DNA from: Vulcanimicrobiota bacterium
GTDB lineage: Bacteria; Vulcanimicrobiota; Xenobia; Xenobiales; JADMJV01
Length of the DNA stretch: 64,000 nucleotides
Direction: 5' to 3'
Assembly: GCA_050250895.1 (NCBI GenBank)
Contig: JBFWNU010000001.1
Coordinates: 744,008 to 808,007, forward strand
Part shown: piece after piece, positions 29,530-38,300 of the stretch
How positions within the stretch are numbered: position 1 is the stretch's first letter
Layout: every line of letters starts with the position of its first letter
Position numbers and translations under genes: made by a program
Notes under the pieces: generated by a model
Databases searched by the model: none
The model's input: only the letters and a program-made list of their open reading frames with translations
Told to the model about the DNA's origin: nothing

Positions 29530-29552
29530 GGCCCCCGAAAGGGGGCCTTTTT
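29530..29552 (+). terminator. Intrinsic terminator
   Basis: GGCCCCC-GAAA-GGGGGCC-TTTTT. Confidence 0.88.
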
Positions 29553-29573
29553 CTTTTCCCGAAGGCCCCGCAG

Positions 29574-29783
29574 GTGGACGAACTGGTCGAGATACCGTAT
29601 CAAGAGCTCTCCCCTGAAGCCTTGCGAGGCATCCTCGAGGAATACGCCACCCGGGGCGGATTCGAGTCAGACATCGACTCGATCGACCACCGCATCGAGC
29701 AGCTGCTGGCCCGCCTGCGCAAAGGCCAGCTCAAGATCGTCTTCGACCCCGCCAGCGGAGCCACCAATCTGACCCGATGTTAA
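29574..29783 (+). CDS. YheU (UPF0270)-family protein
   Basis: IPYQELSPEALRGILEEYATRGG...LRKGQLKIVFD. Confidence 0.8.
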   Translation: MDELVEIPYQELSPEALRGILEEYATRGGFESDIDSIDHRIEQLLARLRKGQLKIVFDPASGATNLTRC

Positions 29784-31555
29784 AGGCGGCCCTGGTTGAG
29801 CTAGCTCAAGTAGAAGACGTGCTCGAAGCGGGTGGCACCAGCCAGCAAGCCATCGATCGTCTCCTGGCCGGGCTGGCCAGGCTCTATCCCGAAGCCAATC
29901 CTCGCCTGGACCCCGCCCAGGGCAGGCCCCTGCGGCGGGGCAACCAGTTGCTCACCCACCTCAGGGTGGATGGCGAAGTCCACGCCGAAGTCCTGGCCCT
30001 ATTTGCCCGCACGGCCGCGGCCCTGGTCGAGCGGTTGCAGCGTGAGGCCCGCAAAGAAGACGAACTGGCCAGGCTGTCTCGCTCGGGAGCCCTGATCTCG
30101 TCGCGCATGGGAGTCGAGCCCACCCTGCAGGCCATTCTCGAGATGGCTCTCGAAGTGACCCGAGCCCGCTACGGCATCTTCCGTCTGCTCAACGAAACCG
30201 GCGATCTGCTGGTCACCGCCGCCGTGGCCGGGGACCAGCTCAATCGCCCGCTGGTCGAGGCCCTGCCGCTCGAGGCCGACCACATCACCGGCTGGGTGGT
30301 GCGCAACCGCCGCTCGGTGTGCATCGACGACCTCCACCAGGAGCCGTGGTCCAAGCTGTATTTTCCCCTCGACCAGCTACTCGAGATGCGCTCGGAGTTG
30401 GCCGCCCCCTTGCTGGGCACCAGCGGCCGTATGGAAGGGGTGCTCAATCTCGAGAGCCCCGAGCCGGGCGCCTTTCAGCGGGGCGACCAGCTTTTGCTCG
30501 AAGCCTTCGCCAGCCAGGCCGTCATCGCCATTCAGCAGGCCCGCTTGCTGGATGCCTTGCAAGAAGTGGCCGAGCGCCTCTTGACCTGGCCCAGTGCCAG
30601 AGTGCTGCAGCGCCTGCTCGAGCTGGCCCTGCGTCTGCTCAACGCCCGCGGGGTGACCATCGAGCACCGTGATGGCCGACTCGAGGCCGGTCAGGCCAAA
30701 GGCCCGCGCCGCTCGGTAGAGATGACCGACGGCACCGGTCGCTTCACCGCCTATCTCGACAACCCGAGCGAGTGGGAGCACAAAGTCCTGGCGGTGCTGG
30801 CCCATCACGCCGGCCTGGCCCTCAAGAACCAGCACCGGCTCGAAGAGTTACGCGCCACGCAACAGCGCCAGGCAGTGGCCGAGACCTTCGCGGCCGTGGG
30901 CGACCTGGCCGCCAATCTGTTGCATCAGCTCAATAACAAGGTAGGCGTCATTCCGGTGCGGGTCGAGGGTATCCTCGACAAGTGCTCGCAACTGGTCGAC
31001 GAGACGCCTTATCTCAACCGCAATCTTCGCGAGATCGAGGCCAGCGCCCAGACCGCTCTCGAGATCGTGCGCGAGAACCTGGGGATTTTGCGGGCTCGAC
31101 CCACCGGACCGGTGAAGCTGGCCGCCTGTGTCGAACGGGCTCGGGCCGAACTGGGCAAACTTCCGCCGCTGCAGGTCGAACTCGAGGTACCCGAGGTGAT
31201 GGGTGATTTTCGCAGCATCACCCTGGTGTTTCTCAACCTGCTCGAGAACGCGGCCAAGGCCCTGGGCTCGAAGGGCTCGATCAGCGTGCGGGGCCGGTTG
31301 GAACAGGACCGGGTGCGAGTGGATGTCAGCGATGACGGCCCGGGAATCGCGCCCTCGCTTCACGAAGCGATTTTCGAGCTCTCGCCCGACCGTTCGCGAC
31401 CGCACAACCTGGGTTTTGGCCTATGGTGGGTGAGAACCCTCATGGAACGCCTGGGTGGCTCGATTGCGGTCGAATCCGACGGGCGCCACGGCACCACATT
31501 CATTCTGGAGTTTCGATGCCTTGAACAGCCGGCGAGCACTGCTGATAGAGGATGA
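29777..31555 (+). CDS. Soluble GAF-domain sensor histidine kinase
   Basis: GAF (SELAAPL..GVLNLES), H-box LHQLNN, NLLENA, DDGPGI, GFGL. Confidence 0.88.
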   Translation: MLKAALVELAQVEDVLEAGGTSQQAIDRLLAGLARLYPEANPRLDPAQGRPLRRGNQLLTHLRVDGEVHAEVLALFARTAAALVERLQREARKEDELARLSRSGALISSRMGVEPTLQAILEMALEVTRARYGIFRLLNETGDLLVTAAVAGDQLNRPLVEALPLEADHITGWVVRNRRSVCIDDLHQEPWSKLYFPLDQLLEMRSELAAPLLGTSGRMEGVLNLESPEPGAFQRGDQLLLEAFASQAVIAIQQARLLDALQEVAERLLTWPSARVLQRLLELALRLLNARGVTIEHRDGRLEAGQAKGPRRSVEMTDGTGRFTAYLDNPSEWEHKVLAVLAHHAGLALKNQHRLEELRATQQRQAVAETFAAVGDLAANLLHQLNNKVGVIPVRVEGILDKCSQLVDETPYLNRNLREIEASAQTALEIVRENLGILRARPTGPVKLAACVERARAELGKLPPLQVELEVPEVMGDFRSITLVFLNLLENAAKALGSKGSISVRGRLEQDRVRVDVSDDGPGIAPSLHEAIFELSPDRSRPHNLGFGLWWVRTLMERLGGSIAVESDGRHGTTFILEFRCLEQPASTADRG

Positions 31556-32522
31556 CCCTTCCTGGCGCGAGATCCTGCGCGAACTGCTGGAGGACTGCGG
31601 CTTCGAGGTCGACCAGACCGATAAGCTCGAGGAGGCCACCGAACTGATTCGGGGCACCCCCCACCGGCTGGCCATCGTGGACCTGTCGTTGGGCGGGCCG
31701 GACCACCGCAATCAAGAGGGGCTGGCTGTGCTCGAGGCGATCCAGCGCTCGGACCCCACCTGTCAGGCCATCTTGTTGACCGGCTTTGCCACCGTCGAAC
31801 TGGCCGTGCAGGTCATCACCGAGAAAAAGGCCGTGACTTGCCTGCGCAAAGAAAGCTTCTCGCGAGCCGAGTTCCGCGAGTTGATCTCGCAACAAACCGC
31901 CTCGGCTCCGCGCTTGGCCGCGCCTTCGGCCCCACCCCGGACGGGCCGGCTGGGTGAGGCGCTGGTGGTTGAAGATGACGCCGGCTGGCGAGCTTTGCTG
32001 GTCGAACTGCTCAGCGACTGCGGCCTGACCTGCACCAGTTGCAGCAGCTTCGCCGAGGCCCGCGGCCATCTCGCTCGCCAGGCCTTCTCGCTGGCGCTGG
32101 TCGACCTGACCCTGGCCAGCTCGCTCAGCACCAGCAATCAAGACGGCTTCGGCCTGTTGGCGGTGGCTCGCGAGGCGGGCATTCCCACCATCGTGGTGAG
32201 CGGAACCAGCCCCACCGAGACCATCGAGCGGGCCTTTCGCGACGAGCAGGTGCTGGCTTTCTTCGAAAAGCGCAACTTCGATCGCAACGCCTTCTGCCAG
32301 CAAGTGGCCAGCTCGCTCAAGCCGTCTGAACTCGAGAGCCTGACCGAGCGCGAGCGCGAGGTGCTCGACCTGTTGGCGGCCGGTCTGACCAACATCCAGA
32401 TTGGCGAAAAGTTATTCATTTCGGCCAATACCGTCAAACGGCACCTCAAGGCGGTTTTCGAGAAGCTCGGGGTCAACAACCGGGCAGCCGCGGCCGCCCT
32501 GGTAACGCGCGAAAGCCGATGA
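31521..32522 (+). CDS. Response regulator REC-REC-LuxR HTH
   Basis: Two receiver domains (LIEDD..IVDL..K; VVEDD..LVDL..K) and LTEREREVL..TVKRHL; TTG start with GGAG upstream (start uncertain). Confidence 0.88.
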   Translation: MNSRRALLIEDDPSWREILRELLEDCGFEVDQTDKLEEATELIRGTPHRLAIVDLSLGGPDHRNQEGLAVLEAIQRSDPTCQAILLTGFATVELAVQVITEKKAVTCLRKESFSRAEFRELISQQTASAPRLAAPSAPPRTGRLGEALVVEDDAGWRALLVELLSDCGLTCTSCSSFAEARGHLARQAFSLALVDLTLASSLSTSNQDGFGLLAVAREAGIPTIVVSGTSPTETIERAFRDEQVLAFFEKRNFDRNAFCQQVASSLKPSELESLTEREREVLDLLAAGLTNIQIGEKLFISANTVKRHLKAVFEKLGVNNRAAAAALVTRESR

Positions 32523-33001
32523 AGGTTCTGGCCGGCAGCCTGGCGGTGGCCCTGGCCGCCCAGCTGATCGTGCCGCTGGGAGCCGTGCCCTTGACCCTGC
32601 AGAGCCTGGCTGTGTTACTGGCCGGAGCGTGGTTGGGGCCGGGCCGGGGGGCAGCCTGTCTGGCTCTGTATCTGGTGGCGGCCGCTCTTGGTGCTCCGGT
32701 GCTGGCCGGCGGCGAGGGCGGCCTGGCCCAGATGGGGGGGCCTTCGGCCGGCTATCTATGGGGCTTTCTGCCGGCGGCCGCGGCCGCCGGCTGGATGCAC
32801 GAAAACGGGTGCCCTCCGCTTTTGACCATGGCCGGCGGCACGGCCGTGATCCTGTTGTGCGGTGTGCCCTGGCTGGCCTATCTGCTCGATCCTTCGACGG
32901 CCGTCTGGCAGGGTTTGGTGCTGGTGCTGCCCGGGGCCACCATCAAGGTCTTGTTGGGGGCCGCGATCTTGATGGCCGGCAAGAAATTCGGGCCCGACTG
33001 A
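32519..33001 (+). CDS. bioY: Biotin transporter BioY
   Basis: VPLTLQSLAVLLAG..LG...G...LYL...GPSAGYLWGF. Confidence 0.88.
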   Translation: MKVLAGSLAVALAAQLIVPLGAVPLTLQSLAVLLAGAWLGPGRGAACLALYLVAAALGAPVLAGGEGGLAQMGGPSAGYLWGFLPAAAAAGWMHENGCPPLLTMAGGTAVILLCGVPWLAYLLDPSTAVWQGLVLVLPGATIKVLLGAAILMAGKKFGPD

Positions 33002-33007
33002 GAACCA

Positions 33008-34444
33008 GTGCCCGTGGCACGGCTAGTGGCGATCACCCCCGACGGCAAGGAGCACCGCTTCGAGGTCGAAGAGGGCCAACATCTGGTAGGACGGGCCGGC
33101 GAGCACGATCCGCCCGGCAAACTGGCGATCAAAGGCGACCCCTCGCTATCGCGGTCGCATTTCACTTTAGAAGTGGGACCGACCTGGCGAGTGCTGCCCT
33201 GCGGGTCGGCCCGCAACCGCCTCGAGTTCGCGGGCGAACTGCAGCCAGGAGCCAGCTTTCGCGCCGGTCGCACCGTTTTTCGCCGCGAGGGCGGCCTCGA
33301 GCCGCGGCGCCTGACCATGTTACCGGGCACGCGGCGGGCCCGGCGCGAGGCTCGAGCCAGCGCCTGCCTCGAGGCCTTGACCCGCTTTCTGCCCCTACTT
33401 CGCCAGGCTAGCGACAGTCATCAACTGCTGCTAGAAACGGTCCACTTACTCAAGGACCTTTTACCCCAGGCCACCCATGTGGCGGCCCTGGGCAATCCCA
33501 GTCTGGGCGATACCGTGCGGCCCAGCCGTCAACTGTTGGCCCAGGTAACTGACAGCGGCGAGAGCTTGCTCTATCAATGGGTGGGCAACGATCAGTTCAC
33601 CCAGGTCGAGGGGTGCGGCTGGGCCCTGGCCAGCCCCGTCTGCGAAGGGCGCATCCTCTACGCCCAGGGCCGCGCCGGAGGCGAAGGTCCGGGCTTGCAA
33701 GAGCAGGTCGTGGTGGACCTGGTGGCCGAGGCCCTGACCAACCACTTGCAGGCGCGCCGGCTGGCCCAGTTGGGGCGTTTTCTTTCACCGAGCCTACGGC
33801 GACTGCCCGATCTCGAGCAACTGCTGGCGCCCCGAGTGGGCCCGGTCACGGTGCTGTTCTTCGACCTGCGCGGCTCGTCGCGAGCAGCCGAGGCCAACGA
33901 TTTGGTGGGCTACCACCAGACCCTCAACCAAGTGATGACCGAGGTGACTGGCTGCGTCTTCGCCGAAGAGGGCACCGTCATCGACTATGTCGGCGACGGA
34001 CTGATGGCTTGCTGGGGAGCTCCCTTCGCCCAGTCCGACCAGGCGCCCCGGGCCGCCCGCACCGCCCTGGCCATCCTGGCTCGAGTCCGCGAACTCGGCC
34101 ACGACTGCGGGTTGGGTCTGGCCTCGGGCCGCGCTCTGGCCGGCCAGGTGGGCGCCGCCGATCAGGTCAAATACGGGCTGGTGGGGCCGGTAGCCAATCA
34201 GGCCGCCCGCCTGGAGGCAATGACCAAACTGTTCGACGCCCCCATCCTGGTCGAGGCCAACTGCCGGGCCCAACTCGGACTGGCCTGCCGCCACCTGGCC
34301 ACGGTCGTTCCGGTGGGTATGGACGAAGCCATCGAGGTCCATGCCGTAAACGGGCCGGCCAGTCCCCAGGCTCTAGAAGCTGCCCTGGCCAGGCTGGGGG
34401 TGAACCATCCCAACCAGATCGTGAAACTGGGAAGCAAGCGCTGA
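33008..34444 (+). CDS. FHA-domain class III nucleotide cyclase (possible guanylate cyclase)
   Basis: FHA motifs VGR and LSRSH; cyclase motifs FFDLRGS, IDYVGDG, KYGLVGPVANQAARLE. Confidence 0.8.
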   Translation: MPVARLVAITPDGKEHRFEVEEGQHLVGRAGEHDPPGKLAIKGDPSLSRSHFTLEVGPTWRVLPCGSARNRLEFAGELQPGASFRAGRTVFRREGGLEPRRLTMLPGTRRARREARASACLEALTRFLPLLRQASDSHQLLLETVHLLKDLLPQATHVAALGNPSLGDTVRPSRQLLAQVTDSGESLLYQWVGNDQFTQVEGCGWALASPVCEGRILYAQGRAGGEGPGLQEQVVVDLVAEALTNHLQARRLAQLGRFLSPSLRRLPDLEQLLAPRVGPVTVLFFDLRGSSRAAEANDLVGYHQTLNQVMTEVTGCVFAEEGTVIDYVGDGLMACWGAPFAQSDQAPRAARTALAILARVRELGHDCGLGLASGRALAGQVGAADQVKYGLVGPVANQAARLEAMTKLFDAPILVEANCRAQLGLACRHLATVVPVGMDEAIEVHAVNGPASPQALEAALARLGVNHPNQIVKLGSKR

Positions 34445-35037
34445 TGCTCGAGATCTGGTGGATTCGCCACGGTCAATCGACCTGGAACGAGGAAGGTCGC
34501 TGGCAAGGCCATGCCGACGTGCCCCTGACCGAACTGGGCCGCCAACAGGCAGTCAGCTTGCGGACTCGGCTGGCGGGCGTGGCCTTTGATGAGGTGTTTA
34601 GCTCGGATCTCGGCCGGGCCGCCGAGACGGCCAGCCTGGCCTTGCCGGAGCGACCGGCCCAATTGGACTCGCGCCTGCGCGAGATCAACTTTGGCATCTT
34701 CGAGGGCAAAGTCCGCGACGATCTGACCCCGGCCCTGCGCGACGAGCTGCTGCGCTGGTGGCGCGACCCTTATTCCGAGGCCATCGAGGGGGGGGAGTCG
34801 ATGGCCCAGTTGTCGGCGCGGGTGGCTCAGTGGCGAGACTCGCTCGAGGGCGGGCGAATTGCCGTCTTCACCCACGGAGGGGTCATCCGCTCGTGTTTGT
34901 GGGCGGTCACCTCGCCGCCCAGCGCCGGCGAATGGAGTGTCATTCTCGACAACACCAGCATTACCGAGATCCGCTACGAGCCGGCCCGCACGATCATCTG
35001 GCGAGTCAACGATACGGCCCATCTCGAGAGATTTTAA
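34444..35037 (+). CDS. Histidine phosphatase (phosphoglycerate mutase family)
   Basis: IRHGQSTWN, SSDLGRA, REINFG.FEG, THGGVI; TGATG overlap. Confidence 0.92.
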   Translation: MLEIWWIRHGQSTWNEEGRWQGHADVPLTELGRQQAVSLRTRLAGVAFDEVFSSDLGRAAETASLALPERPAQLDSRLREINFGIFEGKVRDDLTPALRDELLRWWRDPYSEAIEGGESMAQLSARVAQWRDSLEGGRIAVFTHGGVIRSCLWAVTSPPSAGEWSVILDNTSITEIRYEPARTIIWRVNDTAHLERF

Positions 35038-35081
35038 CGCTCAGTTCAACAATTTGGCCCAGACATGATTACCATGAAGCC

Positions 35082-35378
35082 ATGGTCATTCATAACGCAG
35101 CAGCCCAGCGACCCACCTTCCAGATCCCCGGTACTCCGCCCCGGCAAGAGAAAGAAGCCCAGCCGCAACCGCCGGCTGACTCGTTTACGCCCAGCCCCAC
35201 CCCCAAGGCACCGCTGCCCTGGAAGCGGGCCATGCTCAACGGAGCCGTAGCCTCGGTCCTGATCGGCGGGGGCATCGCGGCCGCCCTGCGCTCGCCCACG
35301 GCCGGCCTCATCGCGGCTGCTGTTGGCGGCGCCGCTGGCGTGGCCCTGGCCTTCTACGACGCCAACAAAGAGGCCTAA
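35082..35378 (+). CDS. Small membrane protein (Pro-rich N-terminus, Gly/Ala-rich TM hairpin)
   Basis: MVIHNAAA...DSFTP...two hydrophobic helices; TACCAT 6 nt upstream of the ATG. Confidence 0.65.
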   Translation: MVIHNAAAQRPTFQIPGTPPRQEKEAQPQPPADSFTPSPTPKAPLPWKRAMLNGAVASVLIGGGIAAALRSPTAGLIAAAVGGAAGVALAFYDANKEA

Positions 35379-38300
35379 GCCCGGCGCGAGCACTCGGCCA
35401 GTTGGCCGAGCATGCGCGCCAGCACGTCTCCACTGGCCAGATTGAGCTGGCCGTCTTCGACGATCTCGCGGACCAACTGGTCGTAGCGAGCCACCGGGCT
35501 ACCCTGCAAGGTGTCGAAGTCTTGCTCGGATAGCGACAGGCGCAGCTGAATCTGACGCAGGTCCATGATCAGGCCCACCATCGCGATGGTCTCCCATTTG
35601 TCGGTGGTCTGGATGGCCCGCAGGTTGTCGCGCAACCAACCCATCTTGAGTCGCTCGCCCACGGCGTAGAAGCGCTTGGCGGCCACCTCGAGAGGAATGT
35701 CGGCGATGCGACTGTTGTCGACCACACCGATTCCGCTGGGCACGTAATCCAGGCCCACCACCTCGGTGGCGAACTCATGGGGAAAGCCCAATTCGATGCA
35801 GCGCTGCAGCAACTCGTCGTAGCGGTCGTGCTCGGAGCCGGGCAAGAGGCTCTTGATGTTGGTGCGCAAATCGGCCAGGCGCTCGCGATAGGTCTCGATC
35901 ATCGTCGACAGACTGGCCAGATCGGTGTCGGTCAAGAGAATCCAGTTGACCACGTTTTCGAGGGCCTTCACCAGGCCGCCCAGGACATAGTAGAACGACG
36001 AGGCCGGCACCTGCTTTTCATAGCTGCGCAGCTTGGCGATGAAGGGCTTGACGTCGACCATTTCCATGGCCGCCAGCCCCGCGCGCAGCACCTGGATCGG
36101 GGTGGCCCCGGTGTCACGAATGGTGCGATGCACGAAAGTAATCCCTAGCAGATCGACCACCTGGTTGGTGAACTGGGTGGCGATAATCTCGCGATAGAGC
36201 GGATGCTTGGGAATACGGTCGGCGAACTTCTCGGTCAGCAAGTGCGGGAAGTAGTCGTAGAGATAGTGACTGAACAACGGCTCGTCCGGGAAGTTGGTCT
36301 CGAGGATGCGCCGATACAGACCCATCTTGGTGTAGGCCAGAATAATGGCCAACTCGGGACGGGTGAACCCTTCGTTGTTGCGGGCCCGCTCGGCCAGGGC
36401 CTTGCGATCGGGCAAGAACTCGACCTGCTTGTCGAGGCCGCCCCGCTCGACCAGATAGTCCATCAGCGACGTGAACAAGGCCATGTCCTCGCTGCTGCGT
36501 TGCTGAGCCAGCGAAAGACACAGGGTCTGCCAATAGTTGTCTTCGAGAACCAGTCGCGAGACATCGTCGGTCATCTCTTCGAGAATCTGGTTGCGTTGCT
36601 GGAACGAGATGTCGCCATGGGTTACCAGCGGCTGCAACAGAATCTTGATATTGACCTCGTGGTCACTCATATCCACGCCAGCCGAGTTATCGATGGCGTC
36701 GGTGTTGATGCAGCCGCCCAGGCGGGCATACTCGATGCGAGCCAACTGAGTGAAGCCCTGGTTGCCGCCCTCGCCGATGACCCGAGCGCCCAGTTCGGGC
36801 GCGCTCACGCGCACGGCGTCGTTGCTCGAGTCACCCACATCGCGGTCAGTCTCGCTCGAAGAGCGGACGTAGGTGCCGATGCCGCCGTTCCAGAGCAGGT
36901 CGACCTTCATCTTGAGGATAGCCCGAATCAGGTCCTGGCCGCTGAGTTCGCTGGCCTCGACCCCCAGCATCTGGCGCACTTCGGGGCTGAGCGCAATCGA
37001 CTTGGCCGCCCGCTTGAAGATGCCTCCGCCCGGGGAGATCAGACTGGTGTCATAGTCCTCCCAGCTGGAACGAGGCAACTCGAACATCCGCTTGCGCTCG
37101 ACGAAACTGCGAGCCGCATCAGGGTTGGGATCGAGAAAGATGTGCATGTGATTGAAGGCGGCTTGCAACCGGGTCTTGTCGCTATAGATCAAGCCGTTTC
37201 CGAACACGTCGCCCGACAGGTCCCCGATGCCGATACAGGTGAACTCTTCCTGCATGACATCGATGCCTAGCTCGAAGAAGTGACGCTTGACCCCTTCCCA
37301 GGCGCCGCGAGCGGTGATGCCTTCTTTCTTGTGGTCATAGCCCTGCGAGCCGCCCGAGGCGAAAGCATCACCCAGCCAGAAGTCGTATTCGGCCGAGACG
37401 CTGTTGGCGATGTCGCTGAACGTGGCCGTGCCCTTGTCGGCCGCCACCACCAGGTAGGGGTCGGGGCCGTCATAGATGACCAGACCTTCGGGGTGGACAA
37501 TCTCGCCCCGCTGGTTGTTGTCGGTCAGGTCAAGCAAGCCACGAATGAACGTCTTGTACTGCTCGACCACGTAGTTCATCAGAGCTTCGCGGTCCTGGGG
37601 GGCGCGCTTGACCACGAAACCGCCCTTCGAGCCTACCGGCACGATCACGGCGTTTTTGGTCATCTGGGTCTTCATCAACCCCAGCACTTCGGTGCGAAAA
37701 TCGTCGGGACGGTCGCTCCAGCGAAGGCCGCCGCGGGCGACCATACCACCGCGCAGGTGGATGCCCTCGACTCCGGGGCCGCTGACCACGATCTCGTAGA
37801 GGGGGCGCGGTTCGGGCATCTCTTTGACCTGGCGCGAAGAGACCTTGTGGCTGATGAACTCCTTGGCTTTGAAAAAGTTCGACCGCACGGTCGATTCCAT
37901 CAAATTGAAGAGATTTCGCAGAGTGCGATCGTAAGCCAGCGACGAGACGCCGTTGAGCAGGTCGAAGAAGTTCGTCCGATGCTCCTCCATGGCCGTCTGG
38001 CGGTCGGCCAGTTCGGGGTCAAAGCGAGCCGCGAAGTAACGATAGAGTTCAGCGGCACACTCAGGGTGGGCCAGCAAAGTGTCGTTGATAAAGTGACGGC
38101 TGGTGCCCACCGACACCTGCGAGAGATACATCTGATAGGTCTTGAGCAGCGAGACCTCGCGCCAGCTGAGCCCTCCGCTGGTGATCAAGCCGTTGAGACG
38201 GTCGTTCTCGGCCCGACCTTCGAGCAGCACCACCATGGCCTCGACCAGGCGCTTTTTGTCCTTGCGAACATCCAACGGCTTGCCGCTACGCTTGTCTTGA

